From Chiloscyllium plagiosum (Eukaryota), in assembly GCF_004010195.1 (NCBI RefSeq), contig NC_057757.1, positions 1,926,985 to 1,986,984 of the forward strand: a DNA stretch of 60,000 nt, read 5' to 3'. A program made the position numbers and the translations under genes. Position 1 is the stretch's first letter. Every line of letters begins with the position of its first letter. This document shows, piece after piece, positions 39,761 through 53,698 of this stretch. The notes under the pieces are model-generated. The model had not been told where the DNA came from and did not search any database. It saw only the letters and a list, made by a program, of their open reading frames with translations.

Positions 39761-40441
39761 AAAAAGTCAACTGCTTTTTACTTTGGTTATCTTTCAATCT
39801 CAAAAATCGCTAAGTATTATACTATTTTCCTCCTTTTTAGTCACAAACCAGCCATTTTAAATGTTTAATTTTTCCTTAAATACTTATTTTGTTCACAAAC
39901 TTCAAACATAATTGATAATTTATGCCTATGTCTTCAAGATGGCCCATTTTCAAGTATATTTGTGGGAGGGGAACAAGAGATAGAAAATTCTTGTTTTTTT
40001 TGCTGTACGGAAATTGCAGCTGTTGACAGCATTTAAATTTAAACAAATTAAAGTGCTCAAGTATTAATATAGTGACCAAATAAAACCAGGTGCAGATGCT
40101 GTCTTGATCAAAATAAGTAAGTCTACAAACTTGGGAGCAAAAGGGGAACTAACGTTTTTATTCTGTCTCCAGTGAAAGTAACCAATAATAATCTATTTAG
40201 TCACTCAGAAGAATAAATATACCATTTTTATTTGAAAGTCATGTGTTGCAAGAACATCAATATATTGATTTCTCAACTTCCATTGGTTCACTTGCTTTTA
40301 TATATAGGATCAATGAAACCTACGATATGACATGGCGCAACCAATTCAGCTATGTCACAAACCCTAACCATTTGGTTAGGATGATTTAAAATGGCAAAAA
40401 TGTAATTAGATATTTGTTCAAAATGGGTTCTTGATTACACA

Positions 40442-43400
40442 AGAAATAATTCCACATGGGGCAGTAATCCCATTTAAACATAGAGTTCTTGATACTGATC
40501 CAACTCTCACAGTCTGGCACTGTGTGTCACTCCTATTTTCTGTTAGCCAGGGCTTCCTGATTGAGGTAAATTAACAGCTCCAATTAGGGAACTAATTCTA
40601 GGAAGCCCACCTGGCTGACCTTATTATAATCACTGCGTCCCTCCTCCTTTTAATGCAAGGACTTGGCTGGTTGCTTTTATTTGCAGCTCTTCCTGCGGTG
40701 TTTCAGCACCGGGTCAGGTTCCTCCAATTCTGCCTTTGAAATGGCTGGCATTTAATGTACAGTAGCTCGCCTCTTGCAAAACATCTGGGAAGAAATTCAT
40801 TCACCTCTTCAGGCAGTAAATGCATTGAGGCAGCAACATCTGCCTGTCCATCTCATATTTCGAAATATCTTCGATGCTTGTCAAAGAGGGAGAACCCACA
40901 GGTTCCGGAACACTTGGAAAGGCAGTCAAGAAGCTCAGCACATTTTGTTCCTGCACCATTTGTGAGTTTGCAGTTTCATATAGTCCACATGCTTGACCAG
41001 GACTATCACACCTACACCTACCTGAATTTATTACATCACTGGACCTGACCTTGCATCAACCATGCCTCTTACCTTTGCAGGGCCATTCCCATGGTTCCTG
41101 CATCAAACATCATCCCCTGAAATAAACTCTCTCTCTGGTTTAGGAGTCTTGTGTCTTGATGTTCCTTATGCCATTTCCAACATAGACTCTTTTTAAAGAG
41201 TTAATGCAAAGGTGCCAGGATGGAGGTCAGGTTACATATGAACTTTCTGTAATAATTCACCAGCCCAAGGGAAGACTTAAGTTCTGGTACAAATATGGTC
41301 GCTGCAGCACCTTTGATCACTCGCATTTGATCTTCCCTTGGGTGCAATCCACTCTTATTGACACTGTAGCCCAAATGGGTCGCTTGGAACACATTTTTTT
41401 CCTTCTACTTTCCAAGGCTTACGTCCATCTGGCAGAAACATCTAAGGAAAATGTCCAAGTTCTCTAAGCGCTCCTTATTGGTCTTCTGTTATTAGCAAGT
41501 AGACCTTGCAAAATGTTCTCCATCATCTGCTGAAGAATTGCATAGGCTGGTGATACCCCAAATAGCAGTCTCATGTATTAATCCTCACCTAACCATAATT
41601 GCAAGTGCACAAGGCTCATCTCCACAGTCATGAAGGACAGCGTCCTTGTTAGCTTCGTGTACAAATCCTCTATGCTAGGGATTGGGTATATAGGCAGTTG
41701 TGAAATGCAGTTTATGGTTTGCCTAAAATCCCCACAAAGGCAAATGGACCGGTCAGACTTTACAGTTGGTATGAACAGTGCTGCCCATTCTGCAAACTGG
41801 ACTGGTTTGATGATTTCTTCGCTTTCCAGCCCTCTGATTTCTGCCTCTCCTTCTGCCCAAAGGGCAAATGGCACTGGGCAGGTCTTGCAGAACCGTGGAA
41901 TTGCTTCTTGGTCAACATGCAAGGGACTCCTTTGATAGTCCCTGGACCTTCTTGAAAATATCCAGGTATTTAATTAGGACTTCACTCAGGCAGCCATTTT
42001 CTCATTGAAAAATGTTAAGCCAATCTAGGTCAATCTTTCTCAAGCAATTTCACCCCATCGAGCTCGGGCCTGAGCCTTTTACTACAATCAGTGGGAACTG
42101 AACCAGCAGCTTCTCACAATAGATCGAACCAAAGTTGAACCCTTAATCTGCAAAGGCTCCCTGGTATAGGTTCTCAGTCCAGCCTAGGTATTGAGAAAAC
42201 TTAAGGGTGGAAGTCCAGAGTGAATTCTATTGAAGATTGGTTCAATAGTCACTGAAACAGCTGCACTGGTATCGATCTCCATTGGAACTGGGTGACCGTT
42301 TAACCAGGTATTTATTTCGATTGTTTCTGATTTGGATGTTGCTAAGCAAGTTAACTGTTCCAAACCAGATGTTGCGGACTTTGCAGGGTGTCCACTTTCC
42401 TCGATACTGGTTTATGAGTTCTCACACTTAGTTTAGATCTAGTGGGACCCTTTTGCTGTCTCTAGTCTGCATACAAGCAGCAACCACAATGGCTTGTCGG
42501 TCTGGATCCTGAGTGAGATTATGCAATTGCCTTAATTCAAGCTCAGTGCAACTGGCGACAGTGTCAACTTCCATCATAATACCCTGCAATTCATATGCTC
42601 TGCTTGCCACATTTTACAACAATAAAGCCAGTTGTGGTGCCTGTTTGAGTCCAGTTAGGCTTCAACTGGTCGACGCTTTTGCATAACTATATCATTAAGC
42701 TCACATGCCAAAAGATCTCTCAGCATCTCATTAAGGGTTAAATCAAAGTCACATGCCCCTGCCAATCATCTTAATCTTGTCAAAAATCCAAATACGAATT
42801 CCCTTGATTCTCAAATTGCTGACTAAAACCATTAGTGTCTCAGAATTCCAGGTGGCTTGGGGTCGTAACATTCCTTAACTAAATTGGTCAGCTCTTGAAA
42901 GGTTTTAGTATCTGGTGCCTCAGGGGAAGTTAGACTCCTGATAACCGAAAAAGCTGCGGGTCCACAAGCTGTCAGGAGAATTACTTTTTATCTGCCCTAA
43001 TGTCATTTGCCTTGAGAAAAAAGATGCATTCTTTCCCCATACTGGGTCCAGTCTCTGACAGCAAGAATGAACAAGTCATGCTGCTCAAATAATGGCATGA
43101 TGCCAAAAATGCTCACCCCAACTCAAAGATGACTATTGAAAGGGAATTTCTTCAGGAATGTGCTTTTCTCTCACTGCCACTGAAATAACTCCACAGAGTC
43201 AGGTATCCCATCACCAAGTCACCCTTTATTTTCATATGGACAGCCTTTGACACTGATCCTGCTCCCAGTATAAAGAGGATGTTGTCACTCTTGTTCTTTT
43301 TTTCTTCAGACACTGCTGTACTTATCTGTCAGCCAGGGCTCCCTGACTGGAGAAGATTAACTGCCCAAATCAGGGAACCCATATGGGCGGCACGGTGACT

Positions 43401-43717
43401 CAGTGCCAGGGACCCGGATTACATTCCCACCTTGGGCGATGTTTGTGTGGAGTTTTCACATTCTCTCAGTGTCTGCATGGGTTTCCTCCCACAATGCAAA
43501 GATGACCAGGTCAGGTAAATTTGTCATGCTAAATTGCCCACAGTGTTAGGTGCATTAGTCAGGGGGTAAATATAGGGTAGGGGAATGGGTCTGGGTAGGT
43601 TGCTCTTCAGAGGGTCAGTGTGAACTTGTTGGGCTGAAGAGCCAGTTTCCATACTGTAGGGAATCTAATTTACTATTCTATGAGGTCTACCTGGCTGACC
43701 TCATTACAATCACTGCA
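40442..43717 (-). mobile_element. Internally deleted Ty3/Gypsy LTR retrotransposon with both LTRs
   Basis: LTRs at ~40442-40637 and 43181-43717. PBS-like tggcagtgag next to the 5' LTR and polypurine tract at 40638-40651. Protease LNGHPVPMEIDTSAAVS; RT WAALFIPTVKSDRSICLCGDFRQTIN..YPIPSIEDL and LGLVNYYRKFI. Confidence 0.9.
43385..43669 (+). mobile_element. HE1-type V-SINE inserted in the Gypsy 5' LTR
   Basis: gggcggcacggtg head, V-domain and tail; LTR sequence resumes after it. Confidence 0.88.
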
Positions 43718-43764
43718 ACACACAGAATGGCTCCTGTTGTAAAGCCACCTTCACATGTGCTTCT

Positions 43765-45415
43765 GTCAGAACTGGAGGAGGTTATTCAATGCCTCATATC
43801 TTTCCCACCATTCAACTGATCATAGCTGATCTAGATCCTAGCTCCACTTTCCATACTTTGTTCCATAACCCTTAAAACATCCTTACTGTAACAAAAACAT
43901 CTACCAACTCAGTTTGATATTTTCAATTGATCCCCAACCTAAAAAGCTTTTGAAAATTAGAGTTTAGATTTTCACTATCCTATGTGACAGGTGCTTCAAA
44001 CAATGTAATGAGGAGCAAAAGGCAATTCTGCCCTTCTTGCCTGCTCCCACCATTCAATATGATGATGGCTGATCTCATCTCAGCCTCAACTCTAGTTTCC
44101 TGCCCCTCTTTCCATAACCCTCCAACCCATTACTAATTAAAAATCTGTTTATCTCCTCAAACTTACTTAATCTCCCGACATCCACACACTCTGGGGTAGT
44201 GAATTCCATAGAATCACAACCCTTAGAGAAGTAATTTCTCCTCATCTGTTTTAAAATCTACTATCCCTTATCCTAAAACTATGAATTCTCATTCTAAATT
44301 GCCCAAGAGAAAGCATCCTGTGTCTACTTTGTCAGTGCCCTTTAGTACCATGAATACAATTAAATCTTTCAGTCTTTTAAATGCTGAGAAGATAGGCCTA
44401 AACTGCTCAATCTATCTTCATATGACAAACCTCCAATCTCTGGAATTAACGTAGTGAGTCTCCTGTGAACTGCTTCCAATGCAACTCAGTCCTCCTGAAC
44501 ATTACTCCAGGTCCGATCTCACTAATGCCTTTGTATTGCTATTTCTTTAGCCATAAATGCTAAAACAAATGCCAATTCCATTTGCCTTCCTTATTACCTA
44601 CTGTAACTCCATTATAACTTTGTGATTCATGCAAAGGACACCAAGAATCCACTGTCCTGAAACACTCTCAAGTTTCTCTTCATTTATTTTCCATGTTACT
44701 TTCCTATTCCTCCAACAAAAATGGATAACTCCACACTTAACCACATTGAAATCCATCTGCCAAATGTTGGCCCATTGACCTAACCCATCTATATCTATTT
44801 GTAAATTTCTTACTTCCTTACTGCAACTTACTTGCCAACCTAATTTTATTGTTAGCTGCAAATTTGGTGATAGTACCTTCTGCATCCAGATCATTATTAT
44901 AAATTATAATAGTTTGGGGCCCCAAGGACTGAATCCTGTGGCACCCCACTAGTTACATCAAACCAATTAGAAAAAGACTCATTTATCCTACTCTCTGCTT
45001 TATGTTGGTTAATCAATCAATCTTCTATTCAAGCTAATAAGTTACCCCAACCCCATGTGATCTTACCTTATGCGGTGACTTATCAAATGCCTTCTGGAAA
45101 TCCAGACATACATCCACAACATCCCCATCATCCACTTTGCTTATACATCTTCGAATAACTATAGCAGATTAGTCAACTTACCCTTAAACCATGCTGTTAG
45201 CATCAATCTGCATTGCAAACCTGCCATTCTTATTTGAGTAAGGACATTAGATTAGCAATTTTCTAATTTACTAGAACCTTTTCCACATCAAGTTTGCAAT
45301 ATTGTAACTATAATGGATCCATATCTGTGCTGCCAATTCCTTCAAGACCTACGATGTAGATCATCAGACCCTGAAGACTTGACTGCCTTTAATCCCAGCA
45401 GTTTGCTCAGTAATT
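43765..45415 (-). mobile_element. Older CR1 fragments (short tail plus a longer RT-to-tail piece)
   Basis: LQIDIDGLGQWANIWQMDFNVVKCGVIHF; tcaaatgccttctggaaatcc is the reverse complement of DFQKAFD. Confidence 0.8.
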
Positions 45416-45839
45416 TTTCCCATAGTGAGTGATTACTCTGTTTTCCCCTTTCTAGAACTTTTCTAGTAAAGTCAAAGTTTCACCAAATTGAAGGAAGAAA
45501 GCTAGGCCTAAAGAAAAATTCTGTAGAAGAAACAAGAAGAAAGGCTTACGTTTGGATAGCGTCTCTCATGACCTACAAGTCACTACTCTAACAATAGACA
45601 CACAAGTTAATGAGGTGGAAGCAGGGGAGGCAAGATATTTGTAGGGATAATATTGAGAATAATGGCCATCATAATAGCCCCAAAATCAATGAGTCCCCAT
45701 GAGCAACACAACAGAAATTCTATTAAGAAAGCAGAGAAAACAACCATTTGCTGCTGGATGGTGACTAATTCTTTGGTTCTAACCATGACTCTCATATTCC
45801 AAAACGGGTATAATACATGAAATAGACATTATCCACAGA

Positions 45840-45995
45840 CAAATTCAAAAAGTGTCGCAATGGAAAAAACACAGGTCAGGCAGCTTATGACCTATATGTT
45901 GACTCTCCTGCTCCTTGGATGCTGCCTAACCTGCTTTTTCCAGCACCACGTTTTTCGACTTCGACTCTCCAGTACCTGCAGACCTCACTTTCTCC
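45840..45995. mobile_element. Family-A Penelope-derived remnant
   Basis: ctcctgctccttggatgctgcc..ctttttccagcacc..ctgcagacctcactttctc. Confidence 0.75.
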
Positions 45996-46679
45996 ATTTA
46001 ACCACAGACAAGACTAACAGGTATAATCTCCTGGCTGCTCCCTTACCTTTTCTTGAAGTGTATAATATTGGCATCCTACAGTTTTTTCACAATTCCTGTT
46101 ACCAATAAAATTTCTGTCATGGGAGAAGCTCGATTTTAGACTTTGGCAATGACAGGAGCATTACAATGTTAAACTACAAGAGTAGCACAAACTTCTTGCA
46201 AGTTCCTCTCCGAGCTGTATGAACTATAGATGGTATATGTAGTGAATTTGGAAGGTACTAAGGAACGTTAGTGAGTTGTTGCAGCACAATTGTGCACGGT
46301 ACACATTGCCACTACTGTGCATCAGTGGTGAAGAGGCTCCAATACTGTTGAACAGAGGGGAGATGGTTAGATTCCTCTTAGTTGAATTGCTGGGCACTAG
46401 TGGCTCAAATATTTCTTGCCACTAAACCAGCCCAAGCTGACATCAAACTGATATGGAATAAACAAGTCAAATGTTTAGCTATAGGTAGTTTCAGAGGAGA
46501 TAAAAGAATTTATGGAGGGAATTCCAATCGAGAAGACTTTTACATATCTCCCAAAGATAATCAGTTACCAAATCAAAGTTCACAGATTCAATGAAGGAGA
46601 TTATATGGAAGACAGGATATAAATTACAAACAGCCTTAACACAAAATGTTCTGAAGGTTCATATTCAGAATTATATGCG

Positions 46680-48780
46680 ATAGCTCTGGCAGATAAGGTT
46701 AAGCAGAATCCAAAGATTCCACAAGTACATTAATGGCAAAAGAACAACTTGGGAGAGAACAGGGCCTCAAAGATCATGAGACCGTCTATGTGTAGAACCA
46801 CAGATGGGTGAGATACTAAACAAATACTTTGCATGGGTATTTATTGTGAAGAAAGACATGGAAGCTAGGGAATTCAGGGAAATAAATAGTGACGTCTTGA
46901 AAACAGTCCACATTACAGGAGGTTGTGGTGCTGGAGGTCTTAAAACTTAAAGATAAATACATCCCTGGGACCTGATCAAGTATATCCCAGGACATTGTGA
47001 GAAGCTAGGGAATAAATTGTGGGACACCTAGCAGCGATATTTGTATAATCAACAGCCATGGGAGAAGTGTCAGAAGACTGAAGGGTGGCTAATCTTGTGC
47101 CTTTATTTAAGGATGGCTGCAGGGCAAAGCCAGGGAACTAAAGACCAGTGAGTCTTGACTTCAGTGATGACTAAGTTGTTGGAGGGGATTCTGAGAGAAA
47201 GAATTTACATGCATTTCGAGAGACAAGGACTGACTATGGATAGTTAGCATGGCTTTGTGTGGGAAATCGTGTCACACAAAATTGGCAAAGTTTTTTGAAG
47301 AGGTGATCAAGAAGATAAATGAAGGCAGAGCAGTAGATAGTGTTTACATGGACTTTAGCAAGGCCTTTGACAAGGTTCCACATAGTAGGCTGGTTCGTAG
47401 GATTAGGTCAGATGGGATCCAGGGAGACCTAGCCAATTGGATATAAAATTGGCTTGTCAGTATGAGACAGAGGGTGGTGGTCGAGGGTTATTTTTCAGAC
47501 TGGAGGCATGTGACTCAGTAAGCCACAGAAATCAGGACTAGATTCAGTGTTATTTGTTATTTATAGGAAGCATGTTTAGGAAATTTGCAGTTGACACCAA
47601 AATTGGTGGTTTTAGACAGCGAAGGTTATCTTAGAATGCAACGGAATCTTGATCAGCTGGGCCAGTGGGCCGAGGAGTGAAGTTTAATTCTGATGAATGT
47701 TAGGTGCTGCATTTTGGTAAGACAAACCAGGGCAAGACATACACAGTTAATGACAGGGCTTTGAGGAATGTTGTCAAACAGAGACACCAATGTGTTCAGG
47801 TACATAGTTCCTTGAAAGTGGAATCACAGGTGGACAGGGTGAAGAAAGCATTTGATACACTAGCCTTCATTATACCAGAACATTCAGTGTAGGAGTTGGG
47901 ATGTCATACAGCAGCTATACAGAACAGGGGCGGCATGGTGGCTCAGTGGTTAGCACTGATGCCTCACAGCATCAGGGTCCCAGGTTCGATTCCAGCCTCT
48001 GGCGACTGTTTGTGTGGAGTTTCCACATTCTCCCAGTGTCTGCGTGGGTTTCCTCCGGGTGCTCCGGTTTCCTCCCACAGTCCAAAGATGTGCAGGTCAG
48101 ATGGATTGGCCATGCTAAATTGCCCATAGAGCTAGGTGCATTAGTCAGAGGGAAATGGCTCTGGGTGGGTTACTCTTCGGAGGGTCGGTGTGGACTTGTT
48201 GGGCCGTAGGGCCTGTTTCAACACTGTAAGGAATGTAATCTAATCAGTGAGGCCACTTTCAGAGTACTGCATACAGTTCTGGTCACCCTGCTATAGGAAG
48301 GACATTATTAAACTGGAAACGATGCAATGAAGATTTACAAGGATGTTACTGGCACTGTAGGGTTTGAGTTATAAGGACAGGCGAGATAGGCTGCAACCTT
48401 TTTTGCTGGAGAATAGGAGACAGGAGGGATGACCTTAGAGTTTTATAAAATCACAAGGGTCATAGAAAAGGTGAATAGTAAAGTTCTTTTCTCTATGCTA
48501 GGGAAGTTCAAAGCTAGAGGGCATAGGTTTCAGGTGAGGGGAGGAAAGATTTAAAAGCGACCAGAGGGACAACAGTTTCATACAGTGGGAGGTGCCAGAG
48601 GAAGTGGTAGATGTGGTACAGTTACAAAATTTAAAATATATTTGGACAGGTACATGAATAAGGTAAGTTAGACTGATATGGGACAAACACACGTAAATGG
48701 GATTAGTTCAGTTTGGGAAATCTGGTCAGCAGGGACACATTGGACTGAAGGGTCTTACCATGTTGTATGACTCCATAACT
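46680..48780 (+). mobile_element. 5'-truncated decayed CR1 LINE
   Basis: VYMDFSKAFDKVPHSRL, LHFGKTNQG and tail gttgtatgactccataact. Confidence 0.9.
47927..48245 (+). mobile_element. HE1-type V-SINE nested in CR1
   Basis: Full head, V-domain and tail; the CR1 LYRT|xVRPL motif is split around it. Confidence 0.92.
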
Positions 48781-48986
48781 GAAAGTAGTAATATTTTGAA
48801 TTGAAACACTAACTAACATGCACCTACTGGTGTAGAACAAACTCTGAAAGTGACTACAAAAATACTCCATTGGCTGTAAATCCTTTAAAATCTCAGAGTT
48901 TGAGAAAAATTCTCCAAAAATGCTAAACTACCTAAATCCAAAATTTTAAAACGTAATCAGAAGATCAGTTACTTTCAGAAAAATAT

Positions 48987-49080
48987 ATGATTGGAGGTGC
49001 TGGTGTTGGACTGGGGTGCGCAAAGTTAAAAATCACACAACACCACATTATATTCCACCTGGTGTTGTGTGATTTTTAAC
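48987..49080. mobile_element. Minimal family-B fold-back element
   Basis: aagttaaaaatcacacaacacca / tggtgttgtgtgatttttaactt hairpin; 13-bp TSD ttcagaaaaaata at 48974 and 49081. Confidence 0.85.
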
Positions 49081-52000
49081 TTCAGAAAAAATAAGGTTAT
49101 TTAACTGATGTTCCTTGGATTTAAAGAATTGAAGTTGATCTGCCATTATGATTTCCAGCTGAAAAAGACTAGGCATATTAAATGATTCATTATTTAATTT
49201 GTACATACAAACATTTCACATCAACTGATTTTTTACAGACAAGCTGTGGCATTCCCAACAGAGCCACATAAACAGAAAAATGCAGAAATACTGTTATTCT
49301 CATTTACAAATTACACCATCCCAGACTGCAGCTCTCCATTCACAAGTGTGGTTCTGTACAGGCCAACAGATAATGCTCCAGATATCACTCTCATGGATCC
49401 AGAGCATATTCATATCCATTATACTATGCAGTGATATTTAGCATCCAACATGTTAATATTCGAGGAATCTTTGGCTCAGGTAAATGCTCAAGTTGGCATC
49501 TTGCATTAATGCAACTGGGCACTGGCTCATACTATGGTTGAAAAAGTCTTTTCAAATGAAGCTGTAACATGTGCCATTATCCGTGTAAGACTGCAAATGC
49601 CAGCTCATGTAGTGTGGATCACTGATGTAATCCACAAACTACTGTCTTTAAACAACCGTCTCTTGCCCTTTCCCACAACCTGTTTCCCCTTAACCCAACC
49701 CAACCCCTTACCCCTCCCAAACATTTTTTCTTTCTAGAAATCCTGTAGCCATTGACATTGGACACCAACCAGCACAACATCTCTGGTGCCCATTTACATT
49801 TGACAAAAAAGGGTATCACTGAATGACATCGCCCAAAAGAGATCCTATTCTTATCTAATGTTCATTTATGGACATTTTAGAACCCCAAAAAAAAATGACA
49901 AAGTCAACTTGGCTGCTTATCTGTGAGAAGCCATATTGATAATAGGCAACACCATAATCCAATTAGTAGTATGTTTTCCAAATGCTTATCAGATGTACAC
50001 AGATGCAAAATGAAACTCCAACATTCCCAGATCATGCTTGTTGTATTAAATGTTGATATTGGACAATGGTCACACATTGAATTTAAAATCTTCAAAGACA
50101 TGCACCCCTTGGGACTCAACTGCTATCAAACATAGATACCCCATGTCTGCGTCTCAGTCCCTATAAAGACAATGCCACAACTGGCTGTCTAAGTCCGAAC
50201 ACATTGAGCAAATCAGAGCTATGTACAAAGGCCACATCAACTTTCATATTGGTCCATGGAATTTTATCAACAATAACTGCTAGTTAAAAGACTCTTTACA
50301 TTACAAAAGCTGCATAAGAGAAAGCTATGCAGGATTATTCACCACACTGCATCTGAATAACTTCATTGCCCAAATTGGTCATTTTACCTGGCAAATTGGT
50401 AATTTCCGTTTGCTAAGTGAAAAGGAATTTGTTTTGTTGCTCCCACTGCTAGTCCAGTTGTTTAAGGGGTAAGACCCATAATTTCCCTGTCACTATATTG
50501 AAGTTGTGAGTCGCAGGGACCACTGAAGAATACAGAGGTATGAGATGGAGTGTTCACCCATGTTTCAACAAAGTTTAAACAATTCTTGTCTAGCAGATTA
50601 TACACTAAAAGGGATCTTGTTTTAGTTGTGGCCATTGTTGCCAATAAATTATTCCACTTACTTCATGTAAGCACTTGGAAGGAAAAGGCCATTTGGTTCC
50701 TCACTGCTTATCCAATTGGGTGCTGTGACATGATTGAGAAACAAAAAAAAAATCTTCCCCTCCTCCCTGAGGCAATCAAATAAGTTTCAATAGCAATGTG
50801 GTTATTCATGATACATCATTCAAAAGTCAAAATTATTGAAAAGATTTTCTCTTTCAAAAGGTTTTTGTTAAAACCAGTTTATCGCTTAATCCTCTCAAAA
50901 CATTATTTTGGAGAGTTTATAAAGGATCTGGAAAAAAAAAAGTCATATTTCATTAGAATCTTAACCTAAGGAGTAAAATTTGCAATACTACGGGGAAAAA
51001 GGCAGGAGAGCAGAGACACATTGGCTCAAATGGCCCCCTTATATACTATACTTTACAAAGATTACTTTGATGTGGAAACTCAGTAAAAAGTGCAACAAGA
51101 TGCCTTGTGAATCTGAGACTTTTCTTCCCCTCCCTCTCCCAACTTATTTTAGTCTCTGAATAAATCCAAAGTATTGATGAAACTTGCCACCAAACAACAC
51201 TGCCAACTTCCACCCATTGACAACTTGGGTGAAATGGTCAAACATGTGCCATAGCTCAACACCGACTGCAGTGATCTAGGAACTAGGTTGTAAAATGTAA
51301 TGAAAAAAATCTAAGTAACAGTTACCATAAATAATACAGTAAAAGCTTTGCATATCTGTGTACTTACCAACTCCTCTCCAATTTCTAATAGAAACTCTGT
51401 GTTACTCACACCTGCTTGCCACTGGTCATTCCACATCAGTACTGGCAGGAGAGTGTTGTTACGGAGTAACAAGGTTTACATGGATAGTTTTTAAGTATGG
51501 GAAAAAAAATTATAATAGGACAGAAGTCCAATTTTAAAAATGTGTCCTGATTTGATTAATCTACCAGCATTTGCATTCGCAGAAGAGAAAACACTTGAGT
51601 GCATTGTCACAGGAATAGATGGGTACTTGTACTTTTTGTGAATGCAGTAGAAACACATTTTTCTTAAAGATTGATGCTGAGGAACACGCGCGCACACCTC
51701 AGTTAAAATATTTTAGCCACCTTGACACCTTTGTGGCAATAAAATTGAGAAAAAAGTCAATTCCATTTGACAGATAACAATTGAGAAAATTGTTAAGTCA
51801 CAACGAAAACAATTCAGCAACATCCGTGTGTTTAATTATCTGCCTCTTTTCAAACAGCTTAAGAGACACAAAGATGGTGGGAGATTGAACACTCATATGT
51901 AACCTTGCTGCTGAGGTTCCACTTCAGACAGCCAGGTCTTCCTTACACAATGGCATGAATCCAAGGATGGGCATTGTTCACAATTTATTTTTTCCCCTTC

Positions 52001-53193
52001 ACTACATTTTTGGAAAGCTTGCAATACTCCAGCATTTCAGTGCTCTCTAAATTATTTCGCTCTAAGTTACTCCTTACCATGCTCCTTCATGTTAAGTGAG
52101 TTCCACCCTTCACACTTTTTTTTGCAGGCGTCCGGCTGCAAACACGTCGGATGTCTGAAATTCTCACTCATACCCTGACATTCAATGAATTTATTGTTTG
52201 TAATGACATTACGAGTGGTAACAACAGACAAGACTGACCTTTCTGAATAGCTGGAAGTTAGACAACCCTTACTGTTTTTTATAAACATTTACATATAATT
52301 TATATAATTATATAAAAATATAAAATTGGCACCAATGACCCTAAATTTATTTTCTTCATATACTGCGTCATCCCTACTCAGTGGTTCTCTAGACCAATGA
52401 TTGTAAATAATTACTTTTAAACCCTTCGGGTTAGAGCATATTAATTGGATTAACACAGTACTACCTGATAACAAATGGGTTCTGTACAGTTTTAAACAAC
52501 AAGTGAATAAACTCTGAGCACAGAGGCAAAGGCAATCAGACACTTCAATTTCTTCCTTAATTAAAAAAAAATCCTCTCCACGTTTTCTTTCCTCTTAAAA
52601 AGCTTTGGTATGAAATGGGGTGAAATGAGCCAATACTTGATGTTAAGACTAGGTTCGACCTGCCAACCAGCCACACAGTCTCCAGCAGGACAGCTGCTGG
52701 AGAAAGTCAACCAACAAAAGGATGGCTCAAATGAAATACCAAGACTTTGAAGGTTTGCCAGCACTATCCACTTCCTAGCTTTCCCTCCAAGTAAAAGCAA
52801 CAACAATGGCTTAATAAAAGCAGGTAGCTAGTGACAGAAGAAAGTTACAGAGGGAATGAGGAGAGTTTGTTGAACTTAACTGCTGGTCAGATGCATTCCC
52901 GCCCTCAGACTGGGTGACTTCAGAAGTTCATTCGCTCTAAGCTTAGAACCTCACAGCAACAACAGCAAGTGATGGGACTGGTGCAGTACAAGTTGCTGAA
53001 ACAACACACGGCAGCTAATGTTCTAAAATCAGCAAAGGAAAAAAAAATCAAATTGAGCTATGGGTCTTCCAGATGACTGGAGTCCAACACATTGCACGCA
53101 ATTATCTTCAGGTTTGCATGGCAGTGACTGTTTGGTCTTGACTCAATGCACAAATCAATTTGCTCATGAGTTACCAAGAAATTCCAAATATCC

Positions 53194-53698
53194 TGATGCT
53201 GTGAAACTTGAAAGGGTTCAGGAAAGATTTACAAGGATGTTGCCAGGGTTGGAGGATTTGAGCTATAGGGAGAGGTTGAATAGGCTGAGGTTGTTTTCCC
53301 TGGAGCGTCGGAGGCTGAGGGGTGACCTCCTAGAGCTTTATAAAATCATGAGGGACATGCATAGGATAAATAGACAAGATCTTTTCCCTAGGTTGGGGCA
53401 GTCCAGAACTAGAGGGCATAGGTTTAGGGTGAGAGGAGCGAGATATAAAAGAAACCTAAGGGGCAACTTTTTCCACACAGAGGGTGGTGCGTGTATGGAA
53501 TGCACTGCCAGAGGAAGTGGTGGAGGCTGGTGCAATTACAACATTTAAGAGGCATTTGGATGGGTATATGAATAGGAAGGGTTTGGAGGGATATGGGCCA
53601 AGTGCTGGCAAATGGGACTAGATTGGGTTGGGATATTTGATCGCCATGGACGAATTGGACAGAAGAGTATGTTTCCATGCTGTACATCTCTATGACTG
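53194..53698 (+). mobile_element. CR1 3' fragment
   Basis: VKLERVQERFTRMLPGLEDLSYRERLNRL..RTRGH plus tail tacatctctatgact. Confidence 0.92.
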
